64,000 bases of DNA from assembly GCA_965112155.1 (NCBI GenBank), contig OZ218113.1. The stretch is one strand, 5' to 3'. The notes below the pieces were generated by a model, which was given only the letters and a program-made list of their open reading frames with translations, was not told the origin of the DNA and did no database searches. Shown here piece by piece: positions 21,214 through 31,139 of the stretch (position 1 is its first letter; the number at the start of each line of letters is the position of its first letter). Both the position numbers and the translations under genes were made by a program. The DNA comes from Podarcis liolepis. Its lineage: Eukaryota.

Positions 21214-21460
21214 TGTTATGTACTGAAGTTCTCACCCTGGGCCAGCAGGGGGATACTGTAGATAGTTATACAAATGAAGGATCAAAAGTGACGTTCAGTG
21301 ATTGGATAGTTTTAGAAAGTTGTTACTTTCTAAAAGGTACTGGAGCTCTATATAAGCAGGCTGGCTGAGGCCTTCAGTTCAGTTCTGTTCCAGCTTACAA
21401 ATAAAGAGCTGCTTTGGAGAAATTGCTGTGTCGTCTGATATGTTCACCCACTACTTAATA
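21214..21460 (+). mobile_element. Solo LTR (247 bp) with 5-bp TSD
   Basis: TGTTA...TAATA termini; perfect TSD GTTTC (21209-21213, 21461-21465); ATTGG 21301, TATATAAG 21349, AATAAA 21400. Confidence 0.8.
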
Positions 21461-21945
21461 GTTTCCACTCCTGTGATTCCAAGGAGAAGGAGCCAGAGTG
21501 GGGCTTCTGACGAGTTGTTGGAGGTGGCCAGGTGGGCGATGATGGTGCAGTCTCAGCAGTCAAAGTTTGAGGGTGGCAAGGCATGATGGAAGTATCCTAC
21601 CTTCCTCCTCCGATCTGGGAGGGGTCAAAGCCCCCTGCCCCCCATTGGCTTCTTCCTCTTTTGGACCTTGGTGGAACGGCTGCTTCCTTGAAGTTGCTTC
21701 CTTTCTCCCCTCCCCAGGCAGTAAAATGGTACCCCACCTCTGCCATGCCTGAAATTAAACTGCTGGTGGGAGGAGGACAAGAATGACAGTGAGGAGGATG
21801 AAGAGCATGAAGATGACAAGGAGGACCAGGAGGAGGAGGTAGAGGTCTTGGTCAGGCAACTGCTGCAGGATGGCGAGGCTTATTTTCTGTGCCTGCCTTT
21901 GCAAGGGGGATGGAGGCTCTATGCAACTGACCTCATAGCCAGACA

Positions 21946-22214
21946 AAAGAGAAGAAGAAGAAGAAGAAGAGAAGAGTTTGGATTTGATATCCCGCCTTTC
22001 ACTCCCTTTAGGGAGTCTCAAAGCGGCTAACATTCTCCTTTCCCTTCCTCCCCCACAACAAACACTCTGTGAGGTGAGTGGGGCTGAGAGACTTCAGAGA
22101 AGTGTGACTGGCCCAAGGTCACCCAGCAGCTGCAGGTGGAAGAGCAGAGACGTGAACCCGGTTCCCCAGATTACAAGACGACCGCTCTTAACCACCACAC
22201 CACACTGGCTGCCC
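21946..22214 (-). mobile_element. Full-length Squam3 SINE with (CTT)n tail (lacertid-type)
   Basis: Minus strand GGGCAGCCAGTGTGGTGTGGTGGTTAAGAGCG...CCGGGTTCACG...GCGGGATATCAAATCCAAACTCTTC(TTC)n. Confidence 0.85.
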
Positions 22215-22921
22215 CTGCCCACTTTCCTCTCTCCCCCAGAACCTTCTTGTTATTTTTTACAACAATGAATACCACAATAAATAATTATTAAACATTTATC
22301 CAGTAGTATATGTATATATAAGAATACTTAAAGCAATACAACAGCCAGATAAATTTCCAAGTGGGGCTAGGATATATGAGCAGTAGTTAAAAACAACTAA
22401 ATTAAGAGGGGCAGTAAGGAAGGAAATTCAGCTCATTTAAGGATTAAATAAGAACCCATGGAGGGATGTGTGGGGAAGTCGGAGAATGATGATCGCTCTA
22501 AAGTGCATGTATGGAAAATGCATAAAAAATGAATGTTCATAAGTGCACAATGTAAACACACATAAGTACATAAACCACATATCTTAAATATTACAGGAGA
22601 GCAATCCTGAAGCCATCTTGACTTTCTTAATGACCCCAAATATTTCCTCTGCTGTAGAAGGGACTATCTTGGGAAGAACCTTTCCCAATAGTTATTTTCA
22701 CTGACAAATCCTTCAAATCCAGTCAAAATAGCATGTTTTGTGTATGAGCAGGGGAGGTTCAGAAACAATTGGTAGTTACAATTTTCAAAAGAATGACCCA
22801 GACGGGTCAAGAAAAGGCAATCAGGAAACATTATCATGTATCTTGCTTGACGGACAGGAGACAAGACACACACTCAAATTTCTTCCAGTAGCACCTTAAA
22901 GACCAACTAAGTTAGTCCTTG

Positions 22922-22959
22922 GTATGAGCTTTCGTGTGCATGCACACTTCTTCAGATAC
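22922..22959 (-). ncRNA. Mirror copy of the minimal hammerhead motif on the minus strand
   Basis: Exact reverse complement of 22969-23006. Confidence 0.7.
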
Positions 22960-22968
22960 ACATCTTGT

Positions 22969-23006
22969 GTATCTGAAGAAGTGTGCATGCACACGAAAGC
23001 TCATAC
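22969..23006 (+). ncRNA. Minimal type I hammerhead ribozyme motif (Penelope-type)
   Basis: GTAT-CTGAAGA-A-GTGTGC AT GCACAC-GAAA-GC-TC-ATAC: stem I GTAT/ATAC, core CUGANGA, stem II, GAAA, palindromic AGCT in place of stem III, CUC cleavage triplet. Confidence 0.7.
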
Positions 23007-23349
23007 CAAGAACTAACTTAGTTGGTCTTTAAGGTGCTACTGGAAGGAATTTTTTTATTTTGACTATGGCAGACCAACACGGCTACCTATCTACTACTCA
23101 AATTTCTGTCGCATTTCTGCCTCTTTCTGTGACATTTATATGATGCTTTTGGGTGGTCTTTGGCTAAGGGTTTGGGCAATTTCTAAAGCCGTTAAAGTAT
23201 GTTACACACCTTTGTTCTGGGTCCTCACCCGCAGCGGTGGCGGGGACTCTATTGCAGAAGAAAAAAATAGTATCTGCCTTGCTTTGACTGCTTCCTGCCT
23301 CCATCAGTTCTTCTCTGACTAATAAGAGGGGTAGAAAGCTATGCATGGT

Positions 23350-23568
23350 AGAAGAAGAGGAGTTTGGATTTGATACCCCGCCTTTCACTCCCTTTAAGGA
23401 TCTCAAAGCGGCTCACATTCTCCTTTCCCTTCCTCCCCCACAACAAACCCTCTGTGAGGTGAGTGGGGCTGAGAGACTTCAGTATGACTAGCCCAAGGTC
23501 ACCCAGCAGCTGCATGTGGAGGAGCGGAGACACGAACCCGGTTCCCCAGATTATGAGACTACCGCTCT
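23350..23568 (-). mobile_element. Squam3 SINE, 5'-truncated
   Basis: Highly similar to 21946-22214. Confidence 0.85.
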
Positions 23569-23780
23569 GGTGTGAGTTTTCCTCCCATTTGCATAATACT
23601 AGAATCCAGGGTCACAGAGTTCTACAGTGTTAAGAACAGATCCATTTAAAGCACATCCAACAAGGTGGATGTACAGGTTACAGAGGTCATCCCTCATACG
23701 GCTTGCAATTATTAAAACTAACAAAGCAAGTCTTGGTCAAACAGTTAAAATACAGCTGCAAAAAAGGAAAAAGAAAAAAG

Positions 23781-23951
23781 AATTCCTTGATTCATGTGGG
23801 TACAAATAATACTGCCACACACAGCCTGCAACGCACAGCAAGGGACCGTGAGACCCTGGGCAGGGAGCCGAAGGGACTTGGGCCACAGGTGGTTTTTTCA
23901 TCACTCCTTCCTGTTGAAGGTTGTAGCCCAGGAAGAGAGAGGAAAATACTC
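23781..23951 (+). mobile_element. CR1 ORF1 SGNH-esterase fragment
   Basis: LIHVGTNNTATHSLQRTARDRETLGREPKGLGPQVVFSSLLPVEGCSPGRERKIL (HVGTN block typical of CR1 ORF1 esterase). Confidence 0.7.
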
Positions 23952-24035
23952 TGATGTCTTTAAATCATGGAGATTTAATTGAGTGGGTAGAGCTCATACA
24001 GTTATTTTGTTTGTGTGAGCTCTACCATAAAGGTG

Positions 24036-24102
24036 TTTCCTGCTTGGCAGGGGGTTGGACTTGATGGCCCTTGTGGTCTCTTCCAACTCTATGATTCTAT
24101 GA
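24036..24102 (+). mobile_element. CR1 3' terminus
   Basis: ggcagggggttggacttgatggcc...ttccaactctatgattctatga; (ATTCTATG)n tail. Confidence 0.8.
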
Positions 24103-25124
24103 AGCCAGTGGCTGGTGCCCATTGGGACTGGTAGGGCAGAATATAGGGAGACTGACAGTAGACGGCACCAGAACCAACTAATTTTGGCCCCTTCATCCCT
24201 GATGAGGGCAACACTGAGGAGGAAGTTGACAAGGAGTGACCTCCCCCTGGAGAAAGGAGGCAGGCAGAAGATTGGTGGGCCATTCACCCTGCTGGACCAG
24301 ACTCCACTACATAAAGCACTTGACAGGTTAAGTACTCTGACTTGGGAGGATGATTATTTCACCACACAGAAAACTTCCTGTGCTTTAAAGATTTTAACGT
24401 CTTGTGTATGAATAGTTGTACACTCTTTAGAAAATTAAATAAATAGAAATATAAATAATTCAGTTGGGACACAAGATGGTTTGTGTCTCTCACTTTTTTT
24501 ATACAAACAATGGAAAACATTTTTTGTTTTGTTTTGAAAAAGGTGATTATATAGAGGTTGTCTTCTAACACACTCTCTCTACCCCAGTCATGCCACACTC
24601 CAAGAGGAACGCTATGTCGTTCTAAGAGGAAGAAGTGTTGCCTTGGCATTGCTAGGAAATCGTGCGCAAGTAATGCCACAAACTTAAAAGTGTGAAGAGC
24701 TTGGAAGGAAATCTCACTGGAACCGATGTCACAGATCCAAAGCAGCAGCAGCCAAGGGCTTGGGCCTGTGTTAAGTGGCATTCTCTTGCCTTTGAATGAC
24801 ATGTGCCCAGGCCGTATCACAAATGGGGTTTGAAGTCCTCTTCAACTTCAGAGGGCATTTTCTGTGCAACGTGCCATTCTAACAAGCCCAATTCAAAAGC
24901 TTCCTTCTTTGGTTCTTTGGATCCCAGCCAGTGCAATGTACTTTTATTCCTGAGAGCCAGCCAATCCACACATTACATAGAATGAAAAGCAGAATTCTGA
25001 ACTCTCCCACCTGAGCCTGTGGTTGGGATTTAATAGCTCTGAATATTCTCCCATGTAAGAAAAGCTCCCTAAAATGGGAACTGGGCTCGACTTAAAAAGA
25101 AAAGAAAAGCACTCTCTCAAAGGA

Positions 25125-25256
25125 CAGTGATGGCCAAACTCGGCCCTCCAGATGTTTTGGGACTACAACACCCACCATCCCTAGCTAACAGGACTAGTGG
25201 TCAGGGATGATGGGAATTGTAGTCCCAAAGCAGTTGGGCCAAGTTGGCCATCACTG
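25125..25256. mobile_element. hAT (Charlie/URR1-like) MITE of the abundant gggactacaac...gttgtagtccc family
   Basis: Perfect 13-bp TIRs CAGTGATGGCCAA / TTGGCCATCACTG; related degenerate copies near 5281, 6290, 12580, 26980, 29105, 29885, 30960, 33641, 36223. Confidence 0.8.
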
Positions 25257-25261
25257 TCATA

Positions 25262-25465
25262 GAGGATAGAGCTCTCAGTGGCTCCCAGCCACAATGGCTA
25301 CATGCCACCTACAGGATCAGAGGCAGACTGGCTCCGAAGGCTGGGAATCTCAGGTGGGAAGAGTCCTGATCCACTCAGGCCCTGCTGGCCGGTTGGCCAC
25401 TGAGAGAACAGGCTGGTGGGATGGATGGGTTACTGGCCTGATCCAACAGGCTGGTCTCTCTCTTT
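25262..25465 (+). mobile_element. CR1 3' UTR fragment
   Basis: ...ggttggccactgagagaacaggctggtgggatggatggg...ggcctgatccaacagg. Confidence 0.6.
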
Positions 25466-25706
25466 CTGAGGTTCTAGTTCAGTATATAAAAGGAGCAGAC
25501 ATTTTTTGCTTTAGTATGCAGGGAACATTAAAAATGTGCACTCTCCAATAGTTTGAAGCAGTGAAGTCCAGAATCCTACCACCTTACTCTGCATCATGTG
25601 CAGGACAGGCTCTCAGTAAACGTGTTTAGAATTAGCTTACAAGGAAGCTTGCGTGTTCCTAAACGCATATCCAAACAAACACAAAAACTATGTATCATAG
25701 AATAAG

Positions 25707-25712
25707 TTTATT
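25707..25712 (-). terminator. Distal polyadenylation signal of ATP2A2 (SERCA2a 3' end)
   Basis: TTTATT on + = AATAAA on -, at the end of the TE-free AT-rich UTR-like block; U/GU-rich sequence follows on the minus strand. Confidence 0.7.
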
Positions 25713-25877
25713 TTACCCGAAACCAGGATGGCAGGTGTGATGCTTATCACCATCAGCATTGAATCAGACAATGTTATTTACAACTTCTAACAAAGAAAAA
25801 AGGTCACACATGCTGTTTTATGAACTAGGTTCATTATTAGGCTTTTGTTGTTAAGATAAAATGCACCACAACATGTG

Positions 25878-25885
25878 TATTGCAC
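25878..25885 (-). promoter_or_regulatory. miR-25/32/92 8mer seed site (GTGCAATA) in SERCA2a 3' UTR
   Basis: TATTGCAC on +. Confidence 0.6.
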
Positions 25886-26327
25886 CGGTGTGTGTCTACG
25901 GCTTTAGATTTAAATAAGTTACATTATTACAGTGCAAAATAGACCTATCTGCACACTCCAAGATATTTTTTTTAAGCTGAAGTTATGGAATTGAAGGTTT
26001 AACAGTTTCTTAAACGTTCAGCAACAGTACCGTTGTCAACGAACCTGTATAAATAGAATTGCATATTGTACAGAGCTGTTTTTAAGTGTTATGTTGAGAT
26101 ACAATAGAGATTATCAGCTACTTACAACTGAAAGCATGCATTACAGTCCAATATTGTACATTTTATAAACTATGACATTTTACACAACGAAGTATGGAAA
26201 GAAAAAGAAAAAAGATAAAACTTGGCGAATCACCACTCATTAATTCTTGCTCAGCAGTTTAGGGAGACTTGTCTTCATGCAACCCCAAAACTTCTTCGCA
26301 GAGGTCTGTTTTATCAGTTAAAAACCA

Positions 26328-26335
26328 TATTGCAC
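26328..26335 (-). promoter_or_regulatory. Second miR-25/32/92 8mer seed site in SERCA2a 3' UTR
   Basis: TATTGCAC on +. Confidence 0.6.
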
Positions 26336-26557
26336 ATTGGTAGATCTGTATATAAACTGAAGCTTTTTTAGAGCACCACACACTTCCTTCGTGGAACACG
26401 AGTTTTCAGTTCTATTTTTTTTTCTCCCTCCTTAAGGAGAGATTTTTATTTTCCCATTTACAAGACTCATGCAGATGTTTTCGGTAAATGCGTTCCTAAA
26501 GACGCATGCAAGAAAATTAACCTTACAATTCTGCAAAATTTGTCTAGGACTAAGTGA

Positions 26558-26571
26558 TTACTCCAGTTTTG
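26558..26571 (-). CDS. ATP2A2: ATP2A2 muscle-type SERCA2a terminal exon, coding part (A-K-L-E-stop)
   Basis: Minus strand: CACTAAC branch point (26619-26613), (CT)n pyrimidine tract, tttacag|CA AAA CTG GAG TAA. Equivalent to mammalian AILE*. Followed by an ~870-nt UTR to AATAAA. Confidence 0.9.
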
Positions 26572-27678
26572 CTGTAAATAAAAAGAGAGAGAGAGAGAGA
26601 GAGAGGGAAAACGTTAGTGAAAAGGATGGATAAAGAAGGCTTAATAAAAGCAAGGACATTATTGTAATTTTTAAAAGGCTCAAAAGCGATAGAATTAAAT
26701 TATAACAGTCTGATAAGCATCCTCTCATTTTCAAATGGGAGAATACATGTTAATTGGAAAAGTATGACAGAGAATTAAAAGCTGGAAGGACGTCTAGTTA
26801 AGAGATTTCCACTCGCTATTTGCCCCATAAGCCAATCCTTAAAACTTTAGCCAAACTGCCAAATCTTTTTATTTAGTAGCTGTTGTACAAGGGAGGCTAA
26901 AGATACTGTACTTCGTAAAATTGTCCATTTCCAGGACACAGGGACAAATTTCCCTTTCACTGTTAAGTTACTAAGATGGGGGGCCTGCGGACTTGCCAGA
27001 TACTATTGTACTCCAACTCCCATCAGCTCCAGCCATACTGGCCAGTGACCAAGGAGGAAGGGAGCTGTGGTCCCAACAGCCTCTGAATGCTTCCCATGCC
27101 TTCCACAAGCCCTTCCCTCCCAAACCTTTAGTGAGGTGAGAAAAAAATGCTGTTGCCAAAGCCCTGGAGTAACCAAAATATGTTCACACATCCTTTTTCA
27201 TCACTTGTTGGTTGTTAATGGCTTGTCTGCGGTGAATTAAGAGTTACAGATTAGCCACAGCATGTTGGAGCTCTCAGGCCCTAACAAATTCCTATCATTC
27301 AATTTCCTAGTATGCAAGTAACTTTGCAGCAAAAAGAGAAGTGGTTCTGTTAGTCCATTTTTGCTTCCTTTACGTATTCCCACCTAGCAAACAGGTCAGT
27401 CTGGCTGCCTATCCATCCAACCAGTCTCCCTTTCAGATTCTCCCCAGGCAACAGCACTGCTTCTCATTCAATGTTTGTTTGTAAACTTTCTCTCAATTTC
27501 TAATAATTTTGTGGTATTTTGTGGAGGTCTTTCAACTGCAAGTCCCCTTAGCATAGGATGTCTAGGATGCCCCAGTAGTTTGGAATGCAGCTGGCACCTT
27601 GGAAATTATTAAAAGGAAAGAAGTACAATAAGGAATTAAGCTATTTCCCCAGCCTGTCTCTCCCTGACCCCCCAAATA

Positions 27679-27904
27679 CAGTGGTACCTCGGGTTACATA
27701 CGCTTCAGGTTACAGACTCCGCTAACCCAGAAATAGTGCTTCAGGTTAAGAACTTTGCTTCAGGATAAGAACAGAAATCGGGCTCTAGCGGCGCTGCAGC
27801 AACAGGAGGCCCCATTAGCTAAAGTGGTGCTTCAGGTTAAGAACAGTTTCAGGTTAAGTATGGACCTCCGGAATGAATTAAGTACTTAACCCGAGGTACC
27901 ACTG
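27679..27904. mobile_element. Tc1/mariner (Tigger-like) MITE
   Basis: Perfect 18-bp TIRs CAGTGGTACCTCGGGTTA / TAACCCGAGGTACCACTG; TA TSD. Confidence 0.88.
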
Positions 27905-30900
27905 TATACTAAAAAGGTGAGACAACATAAAGACTGCAGGGCTAGTCCATCTGCTGAAACCTTCTTCCTTCCAGAAAAGCTTTGCCACCAGAACCACTGG
28001 CATGCCAGCCTTGTGCTCATGGAGACATACAAGAACCAGGAGCGGAGGGGGGGGTGACACACCTCCTGCCCTTTTCATCTTTTAATTTCAAAAGAGATTG
28101 TTTACAAGGCAGAGTCCTGTTGAGACCCCACCCACCACCTTTACTTGCCCAGAGTTAACATGTGGACATTGATGGCTGGCAGAATGGAAGGCAGAAACCC
28201 CCAACAATAGGGGGAACTAGAGCCAGCGATGGCCTCTGCCTGAGCCAATGACAGACAGCACCAACTCATTCTCAATTTGCCCCCTTCCTCCTCTTCTGCA
28301 ACGTCAACGCTGAGACTAAGGAGGAGGAAGCTGACAACCAGCCCCCAGCCCCCCGCTCCCTGGTTTTCTTTGAGTAAGAGGCTGGTTGAAGACACACCAA
28401 CATCGCTGGTGCATTGCCTGGTTGGCCAGCTCCATTGCACGTGGCCATTTTGTGCCAATTGGTGCCCTGGGCATGTGCCCCAAATCCTTACACCTGCCTT
28501 GTTCAGAACGAAGCTTGCATCATGATTCAGCCCCTGCCCTATTTGCTTCTGCTGTTCTATAGCAATTTTCAACTCAGTTATTGTACAACTGCAGTATCCT
28601 GTCCCACAGTGTTTGTGTTAGAAAATATGCAATCTTTTTACTCTCTGTGTTAGTGTTTCATTATTATTGTTTGTTTTAATGCAATAAGCAGAAATTAGGG
28701 AAACGATGGTTAAGAAGTGCAAAAAGTAAAACAAGACAGGTGCAAGGACAGACAACTTGGGCTGTTTTTAGCTACGCCTCACCCATCCAGTTTGCTCATC
28801 GTTCAAGCCTCTTATTGGCTGCGTCCTTGGGAGACACTAGAACTGCTGTACTGCATTTTATCACCACAGAGTTAAGATTCCCCAATATTAAACACTAATT
28901 TAAGCGAAACCAAAGCTGCTTTGCATTCAGTTTAAACAATAAAAAATCCCCTGTTGATTTAAGACACCACTTGTACTGGTAAACAAATGGGGAGAAAATA
29001 AACACAATTTGGCCGTTCTTTTAACATCTAAATTGTTGAATGTTTATCGGAAAAGAAAGCTTCACTCCAAAATGCTGTGGACTAAGTCAAGTTATTAATC
29101 AAATGTATCCTCCAGATGCTTTGTGGGTTGCTACTCCCACCCCCCCTGCCCATGAGCCACGTTGGCTGGGGCGGACGGGAGTTGTGAAATCCAACATCAC
29201 CTAGAAGGCACCAGGTTGGAGGACGGATGGTCAACCTCAACTGGCAGCATCTGCACAAGGTTTCAGGCAAAGGTGTTTCCCATCGTTGCTGCACTGAGGG
29301 GGCTTTAATTGAACCTGGGGTCCTATGGAGGAAAAGTATGTCCTCCCTGAATGGTGACTCTGCTCCATCAGGTTTTTAACATTAGAGCCACAGGTTCAAT
29401 TCTAAGCTTACTGGATGGCCTTAGAAAAGTTACCATATTCACCCAACCCGTGGTGGTGTGAGAACCACCGAAGGTTGCACTGGGCTTTAAGAGATTAGGG
29501 TTAAGTTCTGCTTGGAAAGACAACAACTCCTTATTCAGTGAGAAGGGGAAGGCACCCTGTGCCCCTTTCCAAAGGGGTCACTGCAAGGTTCAAAGCACTT
29601 TGAAAAAGCTTCACTAATGGAAAAGTTGATGACTAGCCATCTTACCTCCTGGCAGAATGTGTGCTTCCCTTGGGGAAATATATTGCTTACCATAACTGGC
29701 CTTGTGAATTGCAAATATCATTTAACTAGATGGCTTACCATACCACAAACATATGTTTTATTATCTCCCTAATTCAGTCAAAAGGGGGGTGAGTGACGAA
29801 GGAGCAAGGCCAGTGTGCTGGAGCTGTGCTTCAGAGATTAACGTTGAAGCTATTCTATACCAAGTAGGCTATTGACTCATCTACCCCAGCCTATGTGGTT
29901 GGACCTCAACTCCCATCATCCCCTTTGACCATAGTGGTTGGGACTGTTGGGATTTGAAGTCTGACGCCATTGGGATGGTCACAGGATTCTGTGCCCCCGC
30001 CCTACACAGCTATGCAGATGTCTCCTCATCTGGGTGAGAAACACTGAGACAAGAACAGTCTAAACCAACTGAAAAGCACAGTGAGAAATGGAAGGCAGAT
30101 CAAAACACAACAGATTTTTTAAATTAAAAAAAAATAAACAACTGTCTACCTTCACAAACACTCCAAGCTGTTAACAATTTGGGCCAAATTGATATCCGTG
30201 CAAGAACCCTCTTACAAGTGGGCTTGAAAGTTACTGGTCTGCTCCATTGCTTTTCAGAAACAGCAATTTTGGTAACCTGCCCTTACCTGTGTGGCCCTTC
30301 AAATGTGGCTGGCATTCCAACTGCCACCAGCCTCTGCCACCAGCATCGTCCAAGCTCACTGCCACTTGTAAAGATGAGTAACTGAAATAGGGACTTCCAC
30401 CGTGGTTTCTATTTTCATTTGGTTAGGCTGGGCTTTTCATGTGTACATTCACACACAGAAGAGTCCAGACATTCAGGATTCTTGTTCTCCAAATATGCTT
30501 AGTGTTTAGTAAGGGACCTCTGAAAGTTTTAGCTTCCTCTTAACTCTGCTCTTTCTCCCTTCCAGACCTTCATGGGAGATACTGCTTCCCAGAACATTTG
30601 CACAATGCCATTTCTTGCTTCCCTCTTCAAAACCTCTCCCAGCCTCCTGTGAGGTCTTTGGCATACCTGCTTAGTCCTCCTAAATCCATGTAACTGAGAA
30701 AGAGTTTTCTCTGCTCAAACCCCCTCCTGTCAAATCTGAGATTATAACCCCATCAAGGAAGGGACCTGTACTCTTTTACTTTGAGAATGTTAAATACTGA
30801 GATACATTGGGGCTGTCTTTGGGTTCACTTTTTGTGAGGAGCAAGGGAGGAACAGCTGAAGGAAACCAGAGACCTACAGCTAGACAGAATATGGCCAATA

Positions 30901-31009
30901 TGGTGCAGGTGTCAAGAAGCCAGAAGCTGATGCTTCTGGGCCTGCCTATGAATGGCTAATCCGTGGCCTTGAAGATGCTGTTTGACTCCCAGCTTCCATT
31001 AGGCCCACT

Positions 31010-31139
31010 GAGTTGGAAGGGGCTCCAAAGATCATTTAGTCCAACCCCCTGCAACATAGGGATGTGTAGCTATCCCGTACAGGGATCAAACCTGCAACCT
31101 TGGCATTATCAGCACCATGCTCTACTTAACTGAGCTACC
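31010..31139 (-). mobile_element. tRNA-Ile-like head plus CR1-tail SINE (PomSINE/Squam2-like), nested in a hAT MITE
   Basis: Minus: ggtagctcagttaagtagagcatggtgctgataatgccaaggttgcaggtttgatccctgtacggg...gcagggggttggactaaatgatc...ccttccaactc. Confidence 0.7.

Larger units (their letters stand above)
22884..23095. mobile_element. Penelope-like retroelement terminal insertion with inverted pLTR segment
   Basis: 81-bp inverted arms (22882-22962 / 22966-23046), then gactatggcagaccaacacggctacc; 12-bp TSD ACTCAAATTTCT at 22872-22883 and 23096-23107. Confidence 0.85.

Noticed and set aside
21770-21900. Acidic coding-looking stretch (gaggaggatgaagag...)
   Set aside because: No clear splice sites or recognisable protein; likely purine-rich low complexity or decayed TE.
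31065-31139. tRNA-like sequences here and at 2238, 14403, 15960, 22150, 58830
   Set aside because: Degenerate SINE heads joined to SINE bodies; no intact cloverleaf.
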